Assembly: GCF_003814745.1 (NCBI RefSeq)
Contig: NZ_RKRD01000001.1
Span: 1,793,947 to 1,817,946 of the forward strand
Length of the DNA stretch: 24,000 bases
Direction of reading: 5' to 3'
Source of the DNA: Hydrogenoanaerobacterium saccharovorans
Lineage (GTDB): Bacteria > Bacillota > Clostridia > Oscillospirales > Ruminococcaceae
The notes beneath the pieces are model-generated. The model ran no database searches, was not told where the DNA came from, and worked only from the letters and a program-made list of their open reading frames with translations. Position numbers and translations under genes: made by a program. The stretch's first letter is position 1. Each line of letters opens with the position of its first letter. Positions 16,891 through 24,000 of the stretch are shown in pieces.

Positions 16891-16943
16891 TAGAAATAAA
16901 ATGGCTCACCTACACAGAATTAGGGTTCATGCAGGTGAGCCAT
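16891..16943 (-). terminator. Hairpin plus U-rich tract after ygeW (possible internal terminator or attenuator before arcC)
   Basis: 11-bp stem ATGGCTCACCT (16901..16911) / AGGTGAGCCAT (16933..16943) with a 21-nt loop. On the minus strand it is followed by UUUAUUUCUA. Confidence 0.45.
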
Positions 16944-16973
16944 AAGAATTGTTAATGGTTCATGCAAGCAGGA

Positions 16974-18170
16974 TTATTTCTGCATCCAACGCTCTAAGCC
17001 ACGAGCCTCAAGAGCAGCAAGTGTCTTCTGAGGATCTTTTACTTTGGCCAAGAAGATCATAGCAGCAATGATGTAAGGTTTGTAGGAAGCCTCTTTGTAC
17101 AAAGGTGTGCGGTAGCGATCGAATACCGATGCAGCAACTTCGCCCTCTTTGCAGCTAACGCCTGTAATATCGGCAGGCAGGCAGTGCATGTAAAGTGCTT
17201 TGCCGTCTTTTGTGGTTTTCATCAGCTCTTCGGTGCACTCCCAATCTTTGTGGTTGGCATTTTGAGCAAGCAGCTCTTTCTCAAGAACTTTGATACCGTC
17301 AAAATCGTTTTCGCCGTAAAGGTTGGTACGCTTCTCCATTGCAGCAAACGGTGCCCAGCTCTTGGGGTAAACAACGTCAGCATCTTTAAATGCTTCTGCC
17401 ATGCTATTTACTTTCTTAAAGCTACCGCCGGAAGCAGCTGCGTTTTTCTTAGCAACTTCTTCAACCTCAGGCATTACTTCGTAGCCCTCGGGATGTGCAA
17501 GGACAACATCCATGCCGAAACGAGTCATCAAGCCGATGATGCCCTGAGGAACAGACAGAGGTTTGCCGTAAGAAGGAGAATATGCCCAAGTCATAGCAAT
17601 CTTTTTGCCCTTCATATTCTCAATGCCGCCAAAATGGTGAACCAGAGCCAAAGCGTCTGCCATTGCCTGTGTGGGATGGTCAATATCGCACTGTAAGTTC
17701 ACAAGAGTTGGTCTCTGCTCGAGAACGCCTTCTTTATTACCTTCTTGTACTGCTTCAGAAACTTCGTGCATGTAAGCATTGCCTTTGCCGATGTACATAT
17801 CATCACGGATACCGACGACGTCTGCCATAAAGGAAACCATGTTAGCAGTTTCACGAACGGTTTCACCATGTGCTATCTGAGATTTACCCTCATCCAAATC
17901 TTGTACTTCAAGACCCAGCAGGTTGCAAGCAGATGCAAAGCTGAAACGTGTTCTGGTAGAGTTGTCGCGGAAAATGGAAATACCCAAACCGCTGTCAAAA
18001 ATTTTGGTAGAAACGTTCTGTTCACGCAGATGGCGCAGAGCGTCTGCTACGGTGAAAACAGCTTTCAGTTCGTCGTCGGTTTTCTCCCAAGTCAGGAAGA
18101 AATCGTTTTGATACATTTTAGAGAAATCAAGTTTATTAAGAGTTTCGATATATTTGTTAAGTCCGCTCAT
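16974..18170 (-). CDS. ygeW: YgeW-type (knotted) carbamoyltransferase, 398 aa
   Basis: Transcarbamylase motifs FRDNSTRTRFSF and MHCLPA. The long N-terminal extension and overall length are typical of YgeW rather than OTC or ATC. Context with ygeX, ygeY and carbamate kinase. Confidence 0.85.
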   Translation of the reverse strand: MSGLNKYIETLNKLDFSKMYQNDFFLTWEKTDDELKAVFTVADALRHLREQNVSTKIFDSGLGISIFRDNSTRTRFSFASACNLLGLEVQDLDEGKSQIAHGETVRETANMVSFMADVVGIRDDMYIGKGNAYMHEVSEAVQEGNKEGVLEQRPTLVNLQCDIDHPTQAMADALALVHHFGGIENMKGKKIAMTWAYSPSYGKPLSVPQGIIGLMTRFGMDVVLAHPEGYEVMPEVEEVAKKNAAASGGSFKKVNSMAEAFKDADVVYPKSWAPFAAMEKRTNLYGENDFDGIKVLEKELLAQNANHKDWECTEELMKTTKDGKALYMHCLPADITGVSCKEGEVAASVFDRYRTPLYKEASYKPYIIAAMIFLAKVKDPQKTLAALEARGLERWMQK

Positions 18171-18232
18171 TGTGTATCTCCTTTATAATTTTATTTAACC
18201 GCATTACCTGCGGGCTGTAAACGTAACTGTAC

Positions 18233-19429
18233 TTATTTATTGCAGTAGATTGAAGGCATTGCGGCATAAACAGCAGCGCAACGAACCAAATCTTCTTTCC
18301 ATGTTTTCTCGTTGGGAGCATGTGCCTGAGCCTCTTTACCGGGGCCAAAGCCGATGCAAGGGATGCCATAACGGCCCATAATGGAAACACCGTTGGTAGA
18401 GAAAGTCCATTTATCTACCTTAGGCTCACCGTACATGCCTTTGTAAGCCTCAACCATTGCTTTTGTAGCAGCATGATCTTCGGGAATAACCCAAGTTGGG
18501 AAGTAGCAGTCGGTGGGGTAAACAAGCCCGGTCCAAGACGGACGCTCGTAGGTGTACATGCTAACTTCTGCACCGTATTTCTTGCAAGAAGGCAGGTTAC
18601 GTACTTCTTCCAAAGCCATCTCGTAGGTTTCACCATCGGTGAGGCGGCGGTCAAGAGAAACTGCACAAGAGTCTGCAACAGCGCAGCGAGAGGGAGATGT
18701 GTAGAAAATCTGAGAAGTGGTAACGGTACCTTTACCCAAGAACGGATCGTAGTGGAGGTTATTATTCAGCTCGCGAACTTCTTGCAGGATATCTGCCATT
18801 TTGTAGATAGCATTATCGCCGCGCTCGGGTGCAGAACCGTGGCAGGATACACCTTTTACATCAATACGGATTTCCATACGTCCGCGCTGGCCACGGTAAA
18901 TGTTGCCGTCTGTTGGCTCGGTAATCACAACGAATTCCGGTTTCACTTTGTCTTCGTTGATGATGTACTGCCAGCAAAGTCCGTCGCAGTCTTCTTCCTG
19001 TACAGTGCCTGTTACAACAACAGTGTATTTATCGCTGAGAAGACCAAGATCTTTCATGATTTTTGCGCCGTATACGCCGGAAACAATACCGCCCAACTGG
19101 TCGGAGGTTCCGCGTCCGCCGATTTCGGTTTCTGTTTCGAAACCTTCATAGGGGTCAAATGTCCAGTTTGCTTTGTTGCCGATACCAACGGTATCGATAT
19201 GAGCATCGTAGCCGATGAGGGTTTTACCTGTGCCCATATAACCCAGAATATTACCCATCGGGTCGATTACAACTTTATCAAAGTTGAGGTCTTTCATCTC
19301 TTTTTCAATTCTTTTGATGACGCCCTCCTCTTCGCAGCTTTCGCCGGGGATAGCAACGAGATCACGCAGGAATTTTGTCATTGCAGCTTCGTAACCCTGA
19401 GCTGCTTCTTTGATTTTGTTAAAATCCAT
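18233..19429 (-). CDS. ygeY: YgeY-family M20 metallohydrolase (selenium-metabolism-linked peptidase/deacylase family), 398 aa
   Basis: M20 motifs ([10 protein letters not shown], …EEDCDG…, …[12 protein letters not shown]). Size and the ygeW/ygeX neighbourhood fit. Confidence 0.85.
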   Translation of the reverse strand: MDFNKIKEAAQGYEAAMTKFLRDLVAIPGESCEEEGVIKRIEKEMKDLNFDKVVIDPMGNILGYMGTGKTLIGYDAHIDTVGIGNKANWTFDPYEGFETETEIGGRGTSDQLGGIVSGVYGAKIMKDLGLLSDKYTVVVTGTVQEEDCDGLCWQYIINEDKVKPEFVVITEPTDGNIYRGQRGRMEIRIDVKGVSCHGSAPERGDNAIYKMADILQEVRELNNNLHYDPFLGKGTVTTSQIFYTSPSRCAVADSCAVSLDRRLTDGETYEMALEEVRNLPSCKKYGAEVSMYTYERPSWTGLVYPTDCYFPTWVIPEDHAATKAMVEAYKGMYGEPKVDKWTFSTNGVSIMGRYGIPCIGFGPGKEAQAHAPNEKTWKEDLVRCAAVYAAMPSIYCNK

Positions 19430-19503
19430 GATTGTAGTCTCCTTTTCAAATTTTTGTTTATCGCAGATTTATTTACTGAAAAATATGCCTTTGCCGTGGT
19501 AGC

Positions 19504-20724
19504 TTATTTGTTGCAGTAGGTTGGATGAGCACCGTTCCAAACAATGCCGCGGTAACTATCAGGGTCGGTGTCTCCCTCGGTGGAGAACATCAAAATTTTA
19601 GAGTTTTCGTCAAGCTTCAGCGCTTCACGAAGGTCTTTATACTCATCGCTCTCCATCAGAGTAGCAATCAGGCCCATACCAACTGCACCTGATTCGCCCG
19701 AGACCACCTGCGGGTCACCTTTCATGGGTGCCCCAAGCATTCTCATACCTTTTGCAGCTACCCAATCGGGGCAGGATACAAAGAAACTGCTGTGATTTTT
19801 AAGAATATCCCAAGAAATTGTGTTTGGCTCACCACATGCCAAACCTGCCATAATCGTTTGCAAATCACCCTCTGCAAAACGGATTTTACCATCTTGCTCA
19901 GCAGCAGATTTGTAGAGACAAGCTGCAATTTCAGCTTCCATAATCACAGTGGTGGGGCAGTTATCGGGGTACATATTGGCAAAGAAGCCCTGCACCGCAC
20001 CTGCCAACGAGCCTACACCTGCTTGCACAAAAATGTGAGTGGGTCTGTCCACACCGGCTGCTTTCAGCTGTTCGTAAGCCTCCATTGCCATGGTGCCATA
20101 GCCTTGCATAATCCAAGCGGGGATTTCTTCGTAGCCGTCCCATGCAGTGTCTTGCACCATAACGCCGTGCTCGGTTTTTTGCGCCATTGAATTTGCCATT
20201 CGAACACATTCGTCGTAGTTAACTTCTTCGATGCTAACCTTTGCACCCTCTTTTGCAATATTGTCAAAACGGGTTTTGGTAGAGCCTTTGGGCATAAGTA
20301 CAACCGATTTTTGACCAAGTTTGTTTGCCGCCCAAGCAACGCCTCTGCCGTGGTTGCCGTCGGTAGCGGTAAAGAAAGTTGCCTGACCAAACTCTTCGCG
20401 GAGTTTATCGGAGGTTAAGTAATTATAATCAACTTCAGAAACGTCTTTGCCAAGCTGCTGGGCTATGTAACGAGCCATGGCAAAAGAACCGCCCAATACT
20501 TTGAATGCATTTAAACCAAAACGATAAGATTCATCTTTAACAAAAAACTCTTTAACACCAAGCACCCCTGCCATATTCTTTAAATGTGCCAAAGGTGTGG
20601 TTGTATATTGCGGAAAGCTTTTATGGAATGCTCTTGCTTTTTCTACCTCAGACAGCGCCATAACTTTTAGCTTCGCGTCATCGGTTTTAGGCATTTTGTT
20701 TTCTACCCATTTGATCTTATCCAT
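19504..20724 (-). CDS. ygeX: Diaminopropionate ammonia-lyase (YgeX/DpaL), 406 aa
   Basis: PLP fold-type II enzyme with DESYRFGLNAFKVLGGSFA (Lys) and TATDGNHGRGVAW. Start trimmed to ATG 20724 behind AGGAGGGG. Confidence 0.88.
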   Translation of the reverse strand: MDKIKWVENKMPKTDDAKLKVMALSEVEKARAFHKSFPQYTTTPLAHLKNMAGVLGVKEFFVKDESYRFGLNAFKVLGGSFAMARYIAQQLGKDVSEVDYNYLTSDKLREEFGQATFFTATDGNHGRGVAWAANKLGQKSVVLMPKGSTKTRFDNIAKEGAKVSIEEVNYDECVRMANSMAQKTEHGVMVQDTAWDGYEEIPAWIMQGYGTMAMEAYEQLKAAGVDRPTHIFVQAGVGSLAGAVQGFFANMYPDNCPTTVIMEAEIAACLYKSAAEQDGKIRFAEGDLQTIMAGLACGEPNTISWDILKNHSSFFVSCPDWVAAKGMRMLGAPMKGDPQVVSGESGAVGMGLIATLMESDEYKDLREALKLDENSKILMFSTEGDTDPDSYRGIVWNGAHPTYCNK

Positions 20725-20787
20725 TCGACAAACCCCTCCTAATTTTATAGCGGCAATTTTCATTGCGTAGTGTTGCTTTATGTCTCC

Positions 20788-20815
20788 ATCATAGCACAGA
20801 AATAGAATAAATCAA
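20788..20815 (-). promoter_or_regulatory. Candidate promoter of the ygeX-ygeY-ygeW(-arcC) operon
   Basis: On the minus strand: TTGATT (20810..20815), 16-nt spacer, TGcTATGAT (extended -10, hexamer 20788..20793). Confidence 0.5.
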
Positions 20816-20887
20816 TAGATTTTCTAAAAAATTTTTAGATTTGCTCAAAAATATTTTATTTTTACCATAAAGTTGCTGTTTTATAGC

Positions 20888-20916
20888 TTGCTTTTTTCAT
20901 TTTTAGATGATAAACT
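20888..20916 (+). promoter_or_regulatory. Candidate promoter of the xanthine-dehydrogenase-like gene, implying a ~170-nt leader
   Basis: TTGCTT (20888..20893), 17-nt spacer, TAAACT (20911..20916). A weaker alternative is TTGTGT-N17-CATACT at about 20956..20984. Confidence 0.35.
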
Positions 20917-21094
20917 ATCTAATAGTAACACTATAACTCTTTTAATGTTTTTTAATTGTGTACAAAGTGCAGTAAAGTCATACTTCGATTAAATTGTACC
21001 GAACCTAAAATATTTTTAGGGGTTTTAGCGTCGTTATAAAAACGAGTGCTTCGTGCACGGGCTACATTAAATATTGGGGAAACGAGGTGCAGTA

Positions 21095-23653
21095 ATGTTT
21101 GAATTCGTGGTTAACGGAAAGACAACTTTTGCACAGAAGGATGAAAAGCTGATTACATATTTAAGAGAAACGCTTCATCTCACTTCTGTAAAAAACGGAT
21201 GCTCTGAAGGTGCATGCGGAACATGTATGGTTTTGGTAGATGGCAAGGCGACAAAAGCCTGTATTTTAACCACAGCACGCGCAGCAGGTAAAAGCATTGT
21301 TACCGTAGAGGGGCTATCCTCTCGTGAAAAAGATGTTTACGGTTATGCATTTACGCATGTTGGTGCCGTACAATGTGGATTTTGTACACCGGGTATGGTC
21401 ATCAGTGCCAAAGGCTTGATTGACACAAACCCAAATCCATCGCCTATGGATGTAAAAGAAGCGATTAAAAATAACATTTGCCGTTGCACCGGTTATAAAA
21501 AAATAGAAGAGGCAATTTTGCTTTCTGCTAAACTGTTCCGCGAGAACACCGCTGTACCAAAACAAGAATTTTGCGGTGTAATTGGCGAAAACCTGCACCG
21601 TGTGGATGCCACCGCTAAAGCACTTGGTACAGCAGAATATGCCGATGATATCCATATAGACGGCATGCTGTATGGAAGTGCAGTACGCAGCAGCTATCCC
21701 CGCGCCCTTGTAAAACATATTGATGTCACCGAAGCAAAAGCATTGCCCGGTGTTGTTACTGTGCTTACCGCTGCCGATTTGCCCGGCAACCATAAAATTG
21801 GGCATTTGAAAAAAGATTATGATGTGTTGATTGCCGAGGGTAAAGAAACTCATTTTATCGGCGATGCAATTGTGCTGATTGCGGCAGAAAGCAAGGAAAT
21901 TTTGGAAGAAGCCAAAAAGCTTGTTAAAATTGATTTTGAAGAGCTGAAACCCGTTCTGTCTGTTCAGGATTCGATAGCAGAGGGTGCGCCGTTGATTCAC
22001 GAAACCGGTAACCTGCTTGCCGACGAACATTTGGTGCGCGGCGACGCCGACGAAACAATAAAAAATTCGAAACACTCTGTAACAATGCGTTACAGCACAC
22101 CTTTTACCGACCATGCGTTTCTTGAACCCGAAACTGCAGTTGCAATGCCAGAAGGTGACGGTGTGCTTATTTACTCAGGTGACCAGGGTATTTATCAGAC
22201 ACGCAAAGAGTGCAGCGAAGCACTTGGATTGCCCGAAGATAAAGTACGCGTCATTGCAAAAATGGTAGGCGGTGGTTTTGGCGGCAAAGAAGATATGAGT
22301 GTTCAGCATCATGCTGCTGTTCTCGCATACAAATCTCAACGCCCCGTTAAAGTTTCTTTTACGCGGAAAGAAAGTATTATGATACACCCCAAACGCCACC
22401 CGATGGAGATGGAGTTTACCACTGCATGTGACGAAAACGGTTACCTCACAGCGATGAAGGCAACATTGCTTGCCGATACAGGTGCTTATGCGTCACTCGG
22501 CGGCCCTGTTTTGCAAAGAGCTTGTACGCATGCGGCAGGTCCATACAATTATCAAGTAATTGATATCCACGGGCAGGCTTGGTATACCAATAACCCGCCT
22601 GCAGGCGCATTCCGCGGCTTTGGTGTAACACAAAGTTGCTTTGCAACAGAGTGCAACCTCAACCTGTTGGCTGAAAAAGTAGGCATATCCCCTTGGGAAA
22701 TACGCTATCGTAACGCAATTCGTCCAGGTGAGGTATTGCCTAACGGACAAATCGCAGATGAATCTACCGCATTGGTAGAAACTTTGGAGGCTGTAAAACC
22801 ATACATGGATGCTCACCCCAAAGCAGGTATTGCTTGTGCAATGAAGAACAGCGGGCTTGGCGTCGGCATCCCCGATACCGGACGCTGCCGACTAACCGTC
22901 AAAGATGGAAAGGTGCATATCCACAGCAGTGCAGCTTGCATTGGGCAGGGTATGGGTACCGTTGTTACACAAATGGTTTGCACAACTCTTAGTCTCTCCC
23001 CCGAACAAGTAATTTATGATGCGCCCGACACAAAAGAAGCACCCAATGCAGGCAATACAACTGCATCCCGTCAGACACTGTTTACCGGCGAGGCAACCCA
23101 CCGCGCTGCTATGGCACTGAAAGAAGCACTGGGCAGTAATTCGCTCGAAAGCCTGAACGGCAGAGAGTTTATAGGCGAATACCTCGGTGTAACCGATAAA
23201 ATGGGCAGTGACAAGCCAAACCCCGTCAGCCATATTGCTTACGGTTATGCAACTCACGTGGTAGATTTGGATGAAAGCGGCAAGCTTTTAAAGGTAATTG
23301 CAGCACATGATGTTGGCAAAGCGGTTAACCCCATCAGCGTTGAAGGGCAAATTGAAGGTGGCGTTGTTATGAGCCTTGGATACGCTTTAACCGAAGATTT
23401 TCCGCTGAAAGACGGTGTTCCCACCGCGAAATACGGTACACTTGGCTTAATGAAATCGACGCAAGTACCTGAAATTGAGTCGATGATCATTGAGAAGAGC
23501 CACAGTGACTTGGCATACGGCGCAAAAGGTATCGGTGAAATCTGCTCTATTCCCACTCCACCCGCAGTTCAGCTTGCTTACTACAACTTGGACGGCAAGT
23601 TTAGAACAAAACTGCCGATGGAAGACACCCCCTACTCCAGAAAAAAGAAATAA
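21095..23653 (+). CDS. Selenium-dependent-type molybdenum hydroxylase (xanthine dehydrogenase-like): fused [2Fe-2S] plus molybdopterin-binding polypeptide, 852 aa
   Basis: N-terminal CSEGACGTCMVLVDG…AC, VQCGFCTPGMV and CRCTGY form the two 2Fe-2S sites. These are followed by aldehyde-oxidase/XDH a/b-hammerhead and Mo-binding motifs (GGGFGGKE, AFRGFG, AYGAKGIGE). Start trimmed from TTG 21074 to ATG 21095 behind GAGGTG. Confidence 0.88.
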   Translation: MFEFVVNGKTTFAQKDEKLITYLRETLHLTSVKNGCSEGACGTCMVLVDGKATKACILTTARAAGKSIVTVEGLSSREKDVYGYAFTHVGAVQCGFCTPGMVISAKGLIDTNPNPSPMDVKEAIKNNICRCTGYKKIEEAILLSAKLFRENTAVPKQEFCGVIGENLHRVDATAKALGTAEYADDIHIDGMLYGSAVRSSYPRALVKHIDVTEAKALPGVVTVLTAADLPGNHKIGHLKKDYDVLIAEGKETHFIGDAIVLIAAESKEILEEAKKLVKIDFEELKPVLSVQDSIAEGAPLIHETGNLLADEHLVRGDADETIKNSKHSVTMRYSTPFTDHAFLEPETAVAMPEGDGVLIYSGDQGIYQTRKECSEALGLPEDKVRVIAKMVGGGFGGKEDMSVQHHAAVLAYKSQRPVKVSFTRKESIMIHPKRHPMEMEFTTACDENGYLTAMKATLLADTGAYASLGGPVLQRACTHAAGPYNYQVIDIHGQAWYTNNPPAGAFRGFGVTQSCFATECNLNLLAEKVGISPWEIRYRNAIRPGEVLPNGQIADESTALVETLEAVKPYMDAHPKAGIACAMKNSGLGVGIPDTGRCRLTVKDGKVHIHSSAACIGQGMGTVVTQMVCTTLSLSPEQVIYDAPDTKEAPNAGNTTASRQTLFTGEATHRAAMALKEALGSNSLESLNGREFIGEYLGVTDKMGSDKPNPVSHIAYGYATHVVDLDESGKLLKVIAAHDVGKAVNPISVEGQIEGGVVMSLGYALTEDFPLKDGVPTAKYGTLGLMKSTQVPEIESMIIEKSHSDLAYGAKGIGEICSIPTPPAVQLAYYNLDGKFRTKLPMEDTPYSRKKK

Positions 23654-23667
23654 GCAGAACATAACAA

Positions 23668-23706
23668 AGAGCGCGAGACCAATAAAAAGGTCACGCGCTC
23701 TTTTTC
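23668..23706. terminator. Terminator hairpin between convergent xdh-like gene and the right-edge gene
   Basis: AGAGCGCGAGACC (23668..23680) / GGTCACGCGCTCT (23689..23701) with one mismatch, followed by TTTTT. Confidence 0.8.
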
Positions 23707-23727
23707 GTCAGCTTATTTCAATAGATA

Positions 23728-24000
23728 TTAGGGCAGCTTCCAAAACTCCTCGGCAGAGTAAGTGGGCTGTTCATTTCTGTAATATGCATAGGTAGTTGGA
23801 TAACCTGAGGGGATTAGTGTAATAACGCGATTTGCTGCAGCACCTTCCGCCCCTGAAAAAGAATCGACTGCATTGGAAAAATGAAAACAGTTTTTTGTCA
23901 TATACGCGCGGTAAAAATCCATATAAAATGGCCTACCGTTGCGCCCTGCTCCCTCATTGGGTATGAGTTTGGTACCGTTTATCAAGCTTTCACGCAACAT
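23728..24000 (-). CDS. C-terminal part of an unidentified CDS, probably continuing beyond the window edge
   Basis: Open frame from the edge to the stop at 23728, preceded on its 3' side by the terminator. No family recognised. The apparent ATG at 24000 may be coincidental. Confidence 0.4.
   Translation of the reverse strand: MLRESLINGTKLIPNEGAGRNGRPFYMDFYRAYMTKNCFHFSNAVDSFSGAEGAAANRVITLIPSGYPTTYAYYRNEQPTYSAEEFWKLP

Noticed and set aside
18320-19519. 399-aa ORF on the + strand, antisense to ygeY
   Set aside because: It is a mirror ORF of a highly recognisable M20 hydrolase gene. Its composition is Phe/Val/Cys-rich with no motif and no RBS. The same reasoning rejects 21314..22114 (-), 1794..2420 (-), 5450..6022 (+), 14226..14690 (-), 17184..17696 (+), 12284..12805 (+) and the other short antisense or overlapping ORFs in the track.
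1-24000. Additional UGA-interrupted selenoprotein genes, CRISPR arrays, IS elements or integrases (e.g. tRNA-Sec as an island integration site)
   Set aside because: Every inter-ORF gap apart from 20764..21094 is under 230 nt and is accounted for by promoters or terminators. No split ORF pairs share a frame across a TGA other than selD. I saw no repeat-spacer periodicity, no terminal inverted repeats, and no recombinase-like ORF.

Overview
The window looks like an anaerobic Firmicute (Clostridia-like) chromosome. That call is an inference from the strong AGGAGG-type RBSs, the TTG/GTG starts and the gene content.

The first ~5.4 kb holds ordinary loci: a YebC-family regulator, a PII-like protein with a CPA2 cation/proton antiporter, adenine deaminase, and an orphan lipoprotein.

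From ~5.4 to 23.7 kb the window is one dense selenium/purine island:
1. A translationally coupled yqeC-yqeB-xdhC-like operon, the accessory set for the labile-selenium molybdenum hydroxylase cofactor. Its YqeC carries an unexpected N-terminal LysR-type HTH.
2. selD. Its true start (8385) lies upstream of the ORF-track call, and it reads through an in-frame UGA (Sec) at 8436..8438.
3. tRNA-Sec (anticodon UCA), selB, selA and a NifS-like class V PLP enzyme, all on the minus strand.
4. yedE-yedF-DUF3343, a candidate Se/S import and carrier module.
5. Carbamate kinase, YgeW-type carbamoyltransferase, YgeY M20 hydrolase and diaminopropionate ammonia-lyase.
6. A single-polypeptide 2Fe-2S plus Mo-binding xanthine-dehydrogenase-like enzyme of the Se-dependent type.

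Several intergenic regions carry exact repeats or palindromes that no gene explains. I saw no rRNA, CRISPR array, transposase or integrase. All family assignments come from motif recognition by eye; no database search was run.
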